Assembly: GCA_021372785.1 (NCBI GenBank)
Contig: JAJFTT010000009.1
Span: 12,413-76,412, forward strand
DNA: 64,000 nt
Direction: 5' to 3'
DNA from: Negativicutes bacterium
GTDB taxonomy: Bacteria; Bacillota; JAAYKD01
The notes beneath the pieces are model-generated. The model made no database searches, was not told where the DNA came from, and saw nothing but the letters and a program-made list of their open reading frames with translations. Each line of letters begins with the position of its first letter. Within the stretch, counting starts at the first letter, position 1. Position numbers and translations under genes: made by a program. Shown piece by piece: positions 49,278 through 59,105 of the stretch.

Positions 49278-50234
49278 ATGATGATTGAATTAAAGAGAAT
49301 ACAGGAAGCTCAAGACCGCCTGTGCGGAGTGATCCATACTACGCCGCTGCTGACCAATCAAAGTATCAATCGGCTAGCGGATGCGCAGATTTGGTTCAAA
49401 TGCGAAAATATGCAAAAAACAGGTTCCTTCAAAGTACGTGGTGCCTACAACTGCGCGGCACAATTAAGTGCAGAGCAGTTGGCTGCCGGGATCGTAACCG
49501 GTTCATCCGGCAATCACGGTACTGCCGTCGCTTACGCTGCGATGAAACTGGGCAGCAAAGCCGTCATTGTGATGCCGGAGGATGCTTCACCGGCGAAAGT
49601 GCATGCTTGTGAAGCTTATGGCGGGCGCGTCTTGTTTTATGGTTTTACGACGACGGAACGGCTTGCCAAAGCAAATGAACTGGCGGCAGAGGGGATGACT
49701 TTGATTCATCCTTATGACGATCCGGCGGTCGTAGCCGGACAGGGAACCATTGGTCTCGAATTAATGCGGCAGTTGCCGGAAGCTGATTTTATCTTTGTTC
49801 CTGTCGGCGGCGGTGGTTTGCTGGGCGGTGTGGCGACAGCCATCAAAGAATCAGGCAGCAGGGCTAAAGTAATCGGAGTCGAACCGGCGCTGAGTCCGCG
49901 CCTGCGCCTGGCTTGGCAGATGGGGAGACCAACGGAACTCACGGATTGGCAACCCAGTGTTGCCGATGGGATCCGCTCCAAAAAATCCGGTCAGCTCGGT
50001 TACGAATTGTCCCGCCGTTATGTGGATGATTTGGTGACGGTGGAAGAAACAGAAATTATCCAGGCTACCCGATTGATCATTGAGCGGGCGAAAATTTGGT
50101 GTGAACCTTCCGCTGCCGTTTCTCTGGCTGCTGTCTTGTATCATAAGACGGCAACGGCCGGGAAAAAGGTGATCTGTTTGTTATCGGGTGGAAATATAGA
50201 AATTACTACATTAGCCAAGATTATTGGGGGTTAA
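49278..50234 (+). CDS. PLP-dependent serine/threonine dehydratase family enzyme (threonine ammonia-lyase-like, catabolic type).
   Basis: SFKVRGA (PLP-Lys), GSSGNHG, PVGGGGLLGG blocks. 318 aa, no regulatory ACT domain. Ribosome-binding site AAGGAG. Confidence 0.7.
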   Translation: MMIELKRIQEAQDRLCGVIHTTPLLTNQSINRLADAQIWFKCENMQKTGSFKVRGAYNCAAQLSAEQLAAGIVTGSSGNHGTAVAYAAMKLGSKAVIVMPEDASPAKVHACEAYGGRVLFYGFTTTERLAKANELAAEGMTLIHPYDDPAVVAGQGTIGLELMRQLPEADFIFVPVGGGGLLGGVATAIKESGSRAKVIGVEPALSPRLRLAWQMGRPTELTDWQPSVADGIRSKKSGQLGYELSRRYVDDLVTVEETEIIQATRLIIERAKIWCEPSAAVSLAAVLYHKTATAGKKVICLLSGGNIEITTLAKIIGG

Positions 50235-50238
50235 GTTA

Positions 50239-51693
50239 ATGTTTTTTCGATTGGGAGCTTTGAACGCCCGGCGCAATTTAGCCAGAAGTATCTTAGCGGT
50301 CGTTTCCATGGCGGTTGCTGCCGCTTTCTTAACCTATACCATCAGCTTAAGCCGAGGTTATGTCAAAGAAGCATTTGCCGCCTTTCGGCAAATGCTGGGC
50401 GGTGAAATTGTGGTTTATGCCCAAAAAGTGCAAGGTGAATTGCCGGAAGGGGACAGCTACTGGAAGTTTTCTCGGCCAACTGAGAACCCGTTTACTGATT
50501 TAGCGGTTTTTCACCCGGAAATTTACCAACAAGGCTATTTGGAAAGCAATGAGCAAACGGTTTTTACGGCAAACGATTTGCGCCGGATGGCGGAGAACGA
50601 AGGGGTCAACTCGGTATCGCCGCTCTATCGTCTGCCGGGTTTTACCGTACTGAGCAAAGAGTATCGCTACGAATCGGTGCTGCGCGGCCGTAATCTGGTC
50701 AAAGAAAATGATTTGAACAGTCCGGCCAAACTGATTTATGATGGGCGTTGGTTTATGCCGGCAGATGACGGTGAATTGGTTGCAGTCATTTCCATCAAGC
50801 AGAATCTGCCGCAAGGCCTGACCGTACCGGAGTTAGGCAGTAAGATCAATTTGGAAATACCGACACTTAAAACAGAGCAGAACGGCGCTGTCGTTCTGGA
50901 TTATGCCAATCCGATTCAGAAAACAGTGACGGTGATCGGCAGAATCGCGGTTCCGACGCGAACGCTCACCTGGCAGGGTGAGATCAATACCAATTCGGAA
51001 CAATTGTATTGGTGGACGAATGAAATACAGTTGCCGCTGACTACTTGGCAGGAGATCTGGCAGGAAGCCGGCAAGGGAGTGGAATATATGGCTGCCGAGG
51101 CAACGATTCAGGTTGATGATATGGCCTATCTGGAGGATATTGTTCTCAATTTAGCGCAGAATTTCTCAGGTTTCAGTTTTGTCAGTGTGCCCAATCAAGC
51201 AAATATGGCCATGGAGCGCCAATTGATTGAAAAATTCCAAGCGGTACCAGCTGAGACGGTGGCAGGATTGGCTCAGAACGCCACGCAGGAAGGAATGGCT
51301 TTGGATTTGCGGCTACCCATGATGGGGTTGGTGCTGCTGAATGCAGCTTTACTGGTGGCAGCCAATATGCTGATTATGATCAACGAGCGCAAGCGCGAAA
51401 TGGCAATTCTCAAATCAGTCGGCGCCAAGCGGGTGGATATTGTGATCATGGCTTTAACCGAAGCTTTGATGCTTTCTTTGGTAGGCGCCAGCATCGGTTT
51501 TCTGGTCTTCCGTTTGCCGGGGGCTCTCAATCAAATGACGAATCATCAGGGTATTTTCGTCATACTGTGGTCCGTGCTGAAAGATTTTGCGCAGGTAGCG
51601 GCTGCTACCGGGGCGGTATCTCTGGTCTTTGGCTTATTTCCGGCGTTAAAACTTGCCGCTTTGCCGGTTATGAATGTCTTGCGCAATGAATAA
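50239..51693 (+). CDS. ABC transporter permease, FtsX/MacB/LolC-like (N-terminal transmembrane helix, large extracytoplasmic domain, C-terminal three-helix bundle).
   Basis: ILKSVGAKRVDIVIMALTEALMLSLVGASIGF is the FtsX-family signature region. 484 aa. Confidence 0.7.
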   Translation: MFFRLGALNARRNLARSILAVVSMAVAAAFLTYTISLSRGYVKEAFAAFRQMLGGEIVVYAQKVQGELPEGDSYWKFSRPTENPFTDLAVFHPEIYQQGYLESNEQTVFTANDLRRMAENEGVNSVSPLYRLPGFTVLSKEYRYESVLRGRNLVKENDLNSPAKLIYDGRWFMPADDGELVAVISIKQNLPQGLTVPELGSKINLEIPTLKTEQNGAVVLDYANPIQKTVTVIGRIAVPTRTLTWQGEINTNSEQLYWWTNEIQLPLTTWQEIWQEAGKGVEYMAAEATIQVDDMAYLEDIVLNLAQNFSGFSFVSVPNQANMAMERQLIEKFQAVPAETVAGLAQNATQEGMALDLRLPMMGLVLLNAALLVAANMLIMINERKREMAILKSVGAKRVDIVIMALTEALMLSLVGASIGFLVFRLPGALNQMTNHQGIFVILWSVLKDFAQVAAATGAVSLVFGLFPALKLAALPVMNVLRNE

Positions 51694-51719
51694 AGGGAAT
51701 TCAGATCGAAGGAGTGTTG

Positions 51720-52427
51720 ACAATGGTGGAGGCTAATCAACGGCCAATCCTGGAGACGATCAATCTAAACAAGGCTTTTTATCTGGGAGAGGCTGTTTAC
51801 GCGGTCAATAATGTGAATATCAAAGTGATGCCCGGTGAAATTGCGATCATCGTTGGTCCATCCGGCAGCGGCAAGAGTACGCTTTTGAGTTTATTGGGTG
51901 GCTTGGACCGACCAATTAGCGGAGATATCCTGATTCATGATCAATCGATCGTCAAGCTCAATGAGGATCAGCTGGCTTTGATGCGTCGAAAAAATATCGG
52001 CTATGTTTTTCAGTTTTTCAATTTGATCCCCCACTTAAGCGCCCTGGAAAACGTTGAACTGCCGATGTCGATTGCCAATATGAGCAAAAAAGACGCGCAT
52101 GAGCGTGCCAAGTATCTTCTGGATGAAGTGGGCTTAACACCGCGGTCACACCACCGGCCGGATCAGCTTTCCGGTGGTGAACAGCAGCGGGTAGCCATTG
52201 CCCGTTCTCTGGCAAATCGGCCGGCTGTGGTTCTGGCGGATGAGCCGACCGGAAACCTGGATTCAAAAACAAGGGATTTGGTGATCGATCTGTTCTGCCG
52301 TTTCAATCGGACGGAAAATCAGACATTTGTGCTGATTACACATGATACCAGCCTGACACGCTATGCTCATAGGGTGATCACGATGCGGGACGGCAAAATC
52401 AATGCTATAGAGGTGCAGAATCCATGA
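51720..52427 (+). CDS. ABC transporter ATP-binding protein (MacB/LolD type).
   Basis: GPSGSGKST (Walker A), [15 protein letters not shown] (signature), [11 protein letters not shown] (Walker B), ITHD (H-loop). Start at MVEANQ with a GAAGGAG ribosome-binding site. Confidence 0.85.
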   Translation, partial: TMVEANQRPILETINLNKAFYLGEAVYAVNNVNIKVMPGEIAIIVGPSGSGKSTLLSLLGGLDRPISGDILIHDQSIVKLNEDQLALMRRKNIGYVFQFFNLIPHLSALENVELPMSIANMSKKDAHERAKYLLDEVGLTPRSHHRPDQLSGGEQQRVAIARSLANRPAVVLADEPTGNLDSKTRDLVIDLFCRFNRTENQTFVLITHDTSLTRYAHRVITMRDGKINAIEVQNP

Positions 52428-53977
52428 GTTTCAGGCAATTCACATCCATAAGCAATCTTGCTTTCAAAAACATCGGTCGTTGGCGCTGGCGATTGATTAC
52501 GATTTTTCTTTTAGTGGCAGGTTCGTTCAGTCTTTATGTTCTCTATAGCGGTATGCTGTCTGTCTCAGCGCAGGCCGGCATCTACCGAACCGAAACGCTG
52601 ACCTTACCCTATGATTTGATGGTACTGCTGCCGGCAGGGGAAGAAGTGAAAGAGATTTCTGCTTTGCCCGCACCGAAGTTTAAACGTGAGATCTTAGCTT
52701 ATGCAGAAGAAGCCGCTGCAGTTTCGGTTTATTCTAATCACGGCAAACAGGAAATCTTGGGTTTGAGGGAAAACAGTCGGTTTTTCCTTGACCAAAATAA
52801 AGAACTGCAAGGCCGTTGGCTGCAACAGAGCGGTGAAGTCGTGCTGCCGGCTGCGCTGGCCCGGTCAGAGCAGATTCAGCTGGGCGACAGCTTGTCTGTC
52901 TTCACGGTGGCAGAGGATGGGCGTCAGCGCTCTCTGAGCTTGACCGTAGTGGGGATTTTTACACCGAATTATCAGGAAGCGCAGCCTTTGGTCATGCAGA
53001 GTGATGTTTTGCGCTTAATGGCAAAACCATTGGCCAATCGGTTTATTGTCAATTATGATCGGGACGAGGCGGAGTTGCAGCACTTGGTGGAATGGATGCA
53101 GACCGCTTATCCGGATACGCCTTTTCTTTATGCAAACGTGCCAAGCGCGTTAGCGGACTCTTTACTGCAGCAAATTTTTGAACCGGGGCAATGGCTGCTC
53201 GTATTGATCTTCTTGTTTTTGGGTATCGGTGTTTTAACGGTTGCTTTGATGACTTTTTTGGAGAGAAGAAGAGAACTGGCGGTTCTCAAATCCATTGGCG
53301 TATCGAATAATCAAATTGTAATTTCTTTGGTGATCGAACAAGGCTCCGCCGGTATAGCGGGAATCCTGGCCGGGTTAATCATTGTTTTTCAGCTGAGCGG
53401 TTATATCAGTTGGTTCAGCCAGGTCGATATGGCAAATCTGCGCAGTTATATTTGGCAAAGCGCTTTGTTTACTGTCTTTGTCCTGGCTGCCGGTATCGCT
53501 TTCCCGACGGTTTTAGCCAGAGTCGCCACCGTCAATCAATTGCTCTTTGCGCGCAATATTCCCATTATCACGACAAGAATCAATCATCTGGCCAAACCCA
53601 CCGGTTGGATCTTGTTGCGGGAAGCCAAAGAGAATCTGCATTTCCTGAAACTGGACATGGTGGATGGCCATTTGGAAGGAATCTGCCTGAAAAATGTCGG
53701 TGATATGGTAAAAAAAGGCGAAGTGATCGCGACAGAGGAAATGTATTTTGGGATGCGTTATCATGAGTGGCTTTCTCCGTGTGACGGAACCGTGGTGGAA
53801 TACAATGTCAACAGCGGTTTGCTCGGTATCCAGCCTGCTGACGCCAAAACAGCGCATTTCCCCTATCCGGCATATTTCCTGGAGGATGAACTCCATCATC
53901 AGGAGCAAATGGAACGCGGCAGAGCAAAAGCCAGAGCGGAACAATCAGCCGGCAACGGCGGAAGCAGCAGCCGCTGA
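52424..53977 (+). CDS. Second FtsX-type permease, carrying a C-terminal cytoplasmic or periplasmic barrel-sandwich (biotinyl/lipoyl-like hybrid) domain.
   Basis: FtsX region LKSIGVSNNQIVISLVIEQGSAGIAGIL. The C-terminal ~130 aa contain GDMVKKGEVIATEEMYFGMRYHEWLSPCDGTVVEY, which matches the hybrid motif of HlyD-type membrane-fusion proteins and lipoyl domains. Confidence 0.6.
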   Translation: MSFRQFTSISNLAFKNIGRWRWRLITIFLLVAGSFSLYVLYSGMLSVSAQAGIYRTETLTLPYDLMVLLPAGEEVKEISALPAPKFKREILAYAEEAAAVSVYSNHGKQEILGLRENSRFFLDQNKELQGRWLQQSGEVVLPAALARSEQIQLGDSLSVFTVAEDGRQRSLSLTVVGIFTPNYQEAQPLVMQSDVLRLMAKPLANRFIVNYDRDEAELQHLVEWMQTAYPDTPFLYANVPSALADSLLQQIFEPGQWLLVLIFLFLGIGVLTVALMTFLERRRELAVLKSIGVSNNQIVISLVIEQGSAGIAGILAGLIIVFQLSGYISWFSQVDMANLRSYIWQSALFTVFVLAAGIAFPTVLARVATVNQLLFARNIPIITTRINHLAKPTGWILLREAKENLHFLKLDMVDGHLEGICLKNVGDMVKKGEVIATEEMYFGMRYHEWLSPCDGTVVEYNVNSGLLGIQPADAKTAHFPYPAYFLEDELHHQEQMERGRAKARAEQSAGNGGSSSR

Positions 53978-53982
53978 CAACA

Positions 53983-54034
53983 AACGATCATTCGCAAACA
54001 TTCCGGTCAGGAGGTCGCGAATGATCGTTTTTTT
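53983..54034 (+). terminator. Intrinsic terminator after the ABC operon.
   Basis: aacgatcattcgc-(21-nt loop)-gcgaatgatcgtt forms a 13-bp perfect stem, followed by tttttt. Confidence 0.7.
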
Positions 54035-54201
54035 CGGGAAAGGAGCTGAAATAGCCGTAATCCGTACTGAATCGGCGGAGCATTACGGTAAGTAATTTCA
54101 AATAGACCTCTGACCCAAGGAGGAAAACAAGTCTGAAAATCGAATTATATAATTATATAAAGAAGACATTTACATTTCATCAATAATAAGGAGTGAAGGA
54201 A

Positions 54202-54972
54202 ATGGGACTGTTTAGTAGATTATGGACCGTAATCAAAGGTTGGTTCGGTATCGGCGTCAGTTCATTCGAAGATCCCAACGTGATTCTGGAAGCAGCACAA
54301 AATGAATTGCGTGAAAAACAGAAAGCAGTCAAATCGCAGGCTGTGCAAGTGATACAACAGAAAAATCAAATTGAGATTATGCTGCGCAACGAAAAGCAGA
54401 AATTGGCCACCATGGATGCCCAAATCAAACAGGCATTACAGATGGGACGCGATGATTTAGCGGAGCAGGTCATGAAACAAATGATGACGGTTGAGGAAGT
54501 CGCCAAAACACTGCAGACACAGTATGATCAGGCCGTAGAAGCATCGGAATTGGTCAAACAACAGGTAAAAGCTTTTGAAGCGCAAGTGCAGGCTAAATAT
54601 CGGGAAAAATTGCAATTGCAGACGCAATGGAAGCAGGCGCAGATTACAGAAAAACTGAATGAAGCGTTGAGCGGAATTTCCTTTGATACGACCAATGAAG
54701 CATGGGATCGTGCCAAAGAGAAAATTCAGGAAAAACAGGCCAGAGCCGATGCCCTTACCGAAATGGGTAAGATCAACTTGCAGAGTGAAATTCAGGATGT
54801 GCAGGATGAAGTGCAGAGTTTACAGGCCAAAGAACGCCTGACTAAGCTGAAAGCAGAACTTGGTTTGGAAAAACCGGTTGGTCAAATCGACTTGGAGAAA
54901 GCGGGTACACTGGAAGACCTGCAGGTAAAAGAACGTTTGGGGAAGATTAAACAGGAGATGGGACCCCAGTGA
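54202..54972 (+). CDS. pspA: PspA/IM30 family protein (phage-shock protein A / LiaH-like).
   Basis: MGLFSRLWTVIKGWF...DPNVILEAAQNELRE is the typical PspA N-terminal amphipathic helix, followed by a long coiled coil. Ribosome-binding site AAGGAGTGAAGGA. Confidence 0.8.
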   Translation: MGLFSRLWTVIKGWFGIGVSSFEDPNVILEAAQNELREKQKAVKSQAVQVIQQKNQIEIMLRNEKQKLATMDAQIKQALQMGRDDLAEQVMKQMMTVEEVAKTLQTQYDQAVEASELVKQQVKAFEAQVQAKYREKLQLQTQWKQAQITEKLNEALSGISFDTTNEAWDRAKEKIQEKQARADALTEMGKINLQSEIQDVQDEVQSLQAKERLTKLKAELGLEKPVGQIDLEKAGTLEDLQVKERLGKIKQEMGPQ

Positions 54973-55832
54973 TGAAAACACCGCCTGGATCATTTCGGGT
55001 AAAGCAGCTGCTGTTATCGCCTGTTTCGCTGCTGATCAGCGCGGTAACCATCGGACTTGCTTTTTTTGGAGTTCCGCAATCCGTTTGGTTCTTTGATATG
55101 CTGATTCCTGTATCCGGCCTGGTACTGGCAACCGGCAGCCTGTTGGAGCTGATTTATCTCGTGCGGACAGCCGCCTCACAGAAATTTAAGGATAAGCTAC
55201 AAAAGGACTGGAGTCTGAAGAGTTTAAGTGCTTATCGGGAAAAGCTGCGGGCGGCTTCAAAAGATTATGAAAAACAGCGCAGCCGTGCCAATTATCAGCG
55301 CGTCCGCTTTGAGCGGGTTCGCAAATTGGAACGCGATATGTTTGATGATTTTACCCGTATGGAAGTATGGGACAACGATGTGGCCCAGGAAGTGCTGGCG
55401 CAGTCGCTCAAGGGCTTTTTGCGCTATTATGAATTGCTGAATCGGGATCAACGGATAGCTTCTTTATTGGAGAACTCAAATTTACAGCAAATACAGGATG
55501 AAATTGATCGTATGCAGCGTCAGGCCGTTAATGCTTCCAGTGCGGAAGCCGTCAATCAATATCAACGGGCAGTTAAATTTAAACAGCAGGAGTTGAAGTC
55601 TTTAGAGCGGATCCGGCAAAGCAGCATTTTGCTGCAGGCACATTTGGATACGCTGGAAAGTGCCTTGTCGAGTCTTAGAACAAGACTGGTCAATAGCACG
55701 GTCTGGGGAAATGACAGTGTTCGCTTTGAGTTGAGCAATCTGACGCAGGAATTGATGGCTCTGGAGAATGCTATGGAGGAACTGGAAGGAGTGGATTCTG
55801 CTGCGCAAGAAATTGAACGGGAATTAGTCTAA
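54972..55832 (+). CDS. PspA-associated membrane protein with two N-terminal transmembrane helices and a long coiled-coil tail. Function unknown.
   Basis: Start overlaps the pspA stop (TGATG), implying translational coupling. Hydrophobic helices occupy residues ~15-70. The rest is heptad-rich. Confidence 0.5.
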   Translation: MKTPPGSFRVKQLLLSPVSLLISAVTIGLAFFGVPQSVWFFDMLIPVSGLVLATGSLLELIYLVRTAASQKFKDKLQKDWSLKSLSAYREKLRAASKDYEKQRSRANYQRVRFERVRKLERDMFDDFTRMEVWDNDVAQEVLAQSLKGFLRYYELLNRDQRIASLLENSNLQQIQDEIDRMQRQAVNASSAEAVNQYQRAVKFKQQELKSLERIRQSSILLQAHLDTLESALSSLRTRLVNSTVWGNDSVRFELSNLTQELMALENAMEELEGVDSAAQEIERELV

Positions 55833-55954
55833 CTTATCTGATCTTCCATATCATAGGTCTGTGACAAAACAAATGATTGCCAAGAACAAGACTGCGTTGT
55901 TTTTGGCTGATTTGTTTTGTTGCAGCCTTTTTTTAAAAAGAAGGAGTTGACACA

Positions 55955-56602
55955 ATGAAGCGTGCCTTGATTTTCCTGGCAGGCGAGTTCGCCGGACTGC
56001 CGGCAGGTTTTTTTCGGCAGGCGAACGATTTCGTCATCGCAGCGGATGGCGGCTATGGGCACCTGCTGAACCTGCACTGGCAGCCTGATCTTCTCATAGG
56101 CGACTTTGATTCCTTTTTGCCGGAATGGCAGAATGAAGTCAAACAAAAAGCCATAGAGTGCTTGGTTTGGCCGACGGAAAAAGATATGACGGACAGTGAG
56201 CTGGCTTTACAATTGGCCAGCCAGCGTGGCTGCGGCAGCGCGATCGTTTTTGGCGGCTGGGGCGGCCTACGCATGGATCATGCCGTAGCGAATTTATTCT
56301 TACTCGCTGCTTTCCGACAGAAAGATTTTCCGATTATCTTCAGCCACGGCGCCCAACAGGCTTGCGTAATTTCCAATGAAACCTTACAATTGTATGGTGA
56401 GAAAGGGGATTATATTTCCCTGCTGCCCTGCACCGCCGTCGTAAGCGATGTGACGACCTGCGGAATGAAGTATCCTTTGAGTCGCCATAGCTTAAAAGCC
56501 GGGTCCAGCTTTGGTGTTTCGAATCAATTCAGCGGGGCAACTGCTTCGGTTCGCTGTGGGGAAGGAATGCTCTTGGTCATCTGGTTCGGAAAGTTACAAT
56601 AA
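55955..56602 (+). CDS. thiN: Thiamine diphosphokinase.
   Basis: FLAGEF...IAADGG...LLIGDFDS N-terminal TPK motifs plus a C-terminal thiamine-binding domain. 215 aa. Confidence 0.7.
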   Translation: MKRALIFLAGEFAGLPAGFFRQANDFVIAADGGYGHLLNLHWQPDLLIGDFDSFLPEWQNEVKQKAIECLVWPTEKDMTDSELALQLASQRGCGSAIVFGGWGGLRMDHAVANLFLLAAFRQKDFPIIFSHGAQQACVISNETLQLYGEKGDYISLLPCTAVVSDVTTCGMKYPLSRHSLKAGSSFGVSNQFSGATASVRCGEGMLLVIWFGKLQ

Positions 56603-57697
56603 TAATATTTTTGCTAGAATTGTATCATAGGAATATCAATAAAAAAACATAAATTACTAAAATGTAATATTTACGGGAAGGATAATCTTATGTTTTTCGA
56701 GAATGTACCAAGGATTCATTTGCAGAAAACTCCGGCACCGCCGGGACTTCTGCCGCGTCTTGGTGCATCAATCAGTTAGAGCCGCAGTTTTAGCTCAAAC
56801 GGGATGATCAGAGGCGTGTCGGTCTTGGCGGCAACAAAATAGGGATCGGGAATTTTGATTAGGTGAAAAAAACAACGGATCGGCTTGCTTCCGGCAGCCG
56901 GCGGTTTGTTGCCCAATCACTATCGTTTGCCTGCCTAGGCAGCTGCGAAAGCGGAAATCGATTTTTTTTTTGAATTATGTCCCGAAACCAGACAAACTGG
57001 CAGAGTATCCGCTGCTGAATTATTTTTGGTGTGCAGTCAATTTTTAGCGGAACAATTTTCGAAGAGGAACGTCAAATTCAAATAGAACTCCGGCGGCAGC
57101 CCGGCGTAAACAGGGCAGAGGATCCTACAGGAGCGGGGATCCACGTTTCGGAACCTTGTGGTTCGGCGGCTGTGGCAGAAGAACGAAAGAACTATGCCGC
57201 GAGAGGGATATCCATTGGGAAGAGATCGTCATTGTCGGTTCAATGGCTATCACTGCGGCCGGTTTTGTTTACGGAACCGCTTTATCCGAAGCCGATTTCA
57301 GGTTTCCCTCATCGCAGCAGCATCTCCGCTGCAGGTAATGATTGGACGCAGTAAATATCCGGGAACAAGCAAAAATCATCTGCGCTCTAATGCTAAGGTT
57401 GAGGCTGGAAAAGGTGCCGGTTTTTTATGATCACTATTTTGGCAGCGGTGCGGCCGTCCCCAGCCGGAAAGCGACGCAGGCAATGCTTTTATCGGCTCGA
57501 AGGGAAGGCATTCTTATGGAAATAATTTACACCGTAAAAACGCTTTATGGTCTGCGCGGTTTGCTCGGCAAAGAAATTCTGCCGCAGGATGCGATCCGTT
57601 TTCTGTATACCGGCAGCATTGGTGTGCTGGGCAGTCAGGCCGGTTGTTTTCCTGGCTCGGAGCGAAATTGATTCTATGATGGCAAGGGGGAAAAAGG

Positions 57698-59101
57698 ATG
57701 AGAAAATCAAAACGATTGATTGCGGTCATTCTTACCTTGTCTTTTTTAATCACTCTTTTACCGCAGCGGGTATTGGCTGCGACCAATGAAAAATTACTAT
57801 TCCATAAACAGATCCTGCAAATCAGCAATACCGGTGTGGAAACCGCGACTGATGTCGTCGTGTGTATCCTGCTGACTCCGCTCGCTCTGCCAAGCTCACA
57901 GATCCAATTTGAAGAATTGATTGATCCCTCGCCGGAACGCATTGAAACGGATCTTTATGGCAATCGCTATGCCTATGTCACTTTCGCTCAATTGCTGCCG
58001 GGAGAGAGTGTTTCAGTAAGTATTAGAACCAATTTATGCAGTTTAAATTGGCTGACCAGTAAAAGCGATCTGGCTGATTTATCGCTGCTGCTCACAGGCA
58101 GCGGCGATAATTTGGTAAGGGCACCGGAATGGACGCTCTATTTACAGGATGAAGATTATATTGCCTGTTCCAACCCATATATGATCGCTTTGGCGCAGTC
58201 ATTGACAGCGGGCGCAGCCAGTGATTATGAGAAAGCACAATTGATTTTTGATTATGTCAATACCGCTATGACCTATGATGAGTCGAGTGTTTACGCCCGT
58301 CAAGGCAGTTTATCGGCTTTATTCAATTTGCGGGGGGTATGTACTGATTTCGCCGCTTTTATGGTTGCGTTGCTGAGAGCGGTCAAAATACCGGCTCGCA
58401 TCGTGGGTGGTTATTGGTTCAAAGAACCGGCTGAAATAGCGGATTTTCAGGTTTTTTCCGGGACTAATTTGGCGCATGCCTGGGTGGAGTTTTATCAGGA
58501 GGGGTTTGGTTGGGTACCGGCAGATCCGACTCAAATTTACTATATGAACGGAATCCGTTTGCCGGCCCGGCAGGCATTTGCCTCTTTTCCTACCTGGGGA
58601 CATGTCGTTTATGGTTATGGTACGAATATGCAGACATACTCCGTCAAAGCCAATCATTTTGGCGGAGCAGTGTTGACAACGGCCAGCAGTGATGTTTTTT
58701 CTATCAAACAGGTTTTATTGGCGGATGAGATCAAAGTCTATTTGAATCGTGAGCATCGCGTTTATTTTGCGGATGCCGCTCCGTGGATTGCTGAAAACAA
58801 TCGCACCTATATTCCGTTGCGTCCTCTCTTGGAAGCCATGGGTGTTTATGTCGAATGGCAGGCGGAAAATCAGCAGATTATAGCAATCTATCACAATTGC
58901 CGCATTGAACTGCAGCTCAACAGCAGCAGCATGAAAGTCAACGGCGAACTGCGAACCATCGACGCACCGGCCTATCTTGATCCGGTCAACGGACGTACGA
59001 TGATCCCGCTCAGAGCGATCACGGAAGCATTTGGCGCTGCGGTACAATGGGACGCAAGAACCCGTTCGATCTTTATCGATTATTTTAATTTAGGGGGATA
59101 A
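57698..59101 (+). CDS. Secreted transglutaminase-like cysteine protease with C-terminal copper-amine-oxidase-N-terminal-like (stalk) repeats.
   Basis: Signal peptide MRKSKRLIAVILTLSFLITLLPQRVLAA. GVCTDFAAFMVALLRAVKIPARIVGGY (catalytic Cys), AHAWVEFY (His), GWVPADPT (Asp). C-terminal repeats (YIPLRPLLEAMGVYVEW / MIPLRAITEAFGAAVQW) are typical of the Cu-amine-oxidase-N domain. Confidence 0.7.
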   Translation: MRKSKRLIAVILTLSFLITLLPQRVLAATNEKLLFHKQILQISNTGVETATDVVVCILLTPLALPSSQIQFEELIDPSPERIETDLYGNRYAYVTFAQLLPGESVSVSIRTNLCSLNWLTSKSDLADLSLLLTGSGDNLVRAPEWTLYLQDEDYIACSNPYMIALAQSLTAGAASDYEKAQLIFDYVNTAMTYDESSVYARQGSLSALFNLRGVCTDFAAFMVALLRAVKIPARIVGGYWFKEPAEIADFQVFSGTNLAHAWVEFYQEGFGWVPADPTQIYYMNGIRLPARQAFASFPTWGHVVYGYGTNMQTYSVKANHFGGAVLTTASSDVFSIKQVLLADEIKVYLNREHRVYFADAAPWIAENNRTYIPLRPLLEAMGVYVEWQAENQQIIAIYHNCRIELQLNSSSMKVNGELRTIDAPAYLDPVNGRTMIPLRAITEAFGAAVQWDARTRSIFIDYFNLGG

Positions 59102-59105
59102 GAAA

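Noticed and set aside
56603-57697. RNase P RNA, tmRNA or SRP RNA in the gene-poor stretch
   Set aside because: No AGGAAAGUCCGGGCUCC-type RNase P core, no tmRNA tag-peptide reading frame or CCA-proximal acceptor arm, and no SRP domain-IV motif were found.
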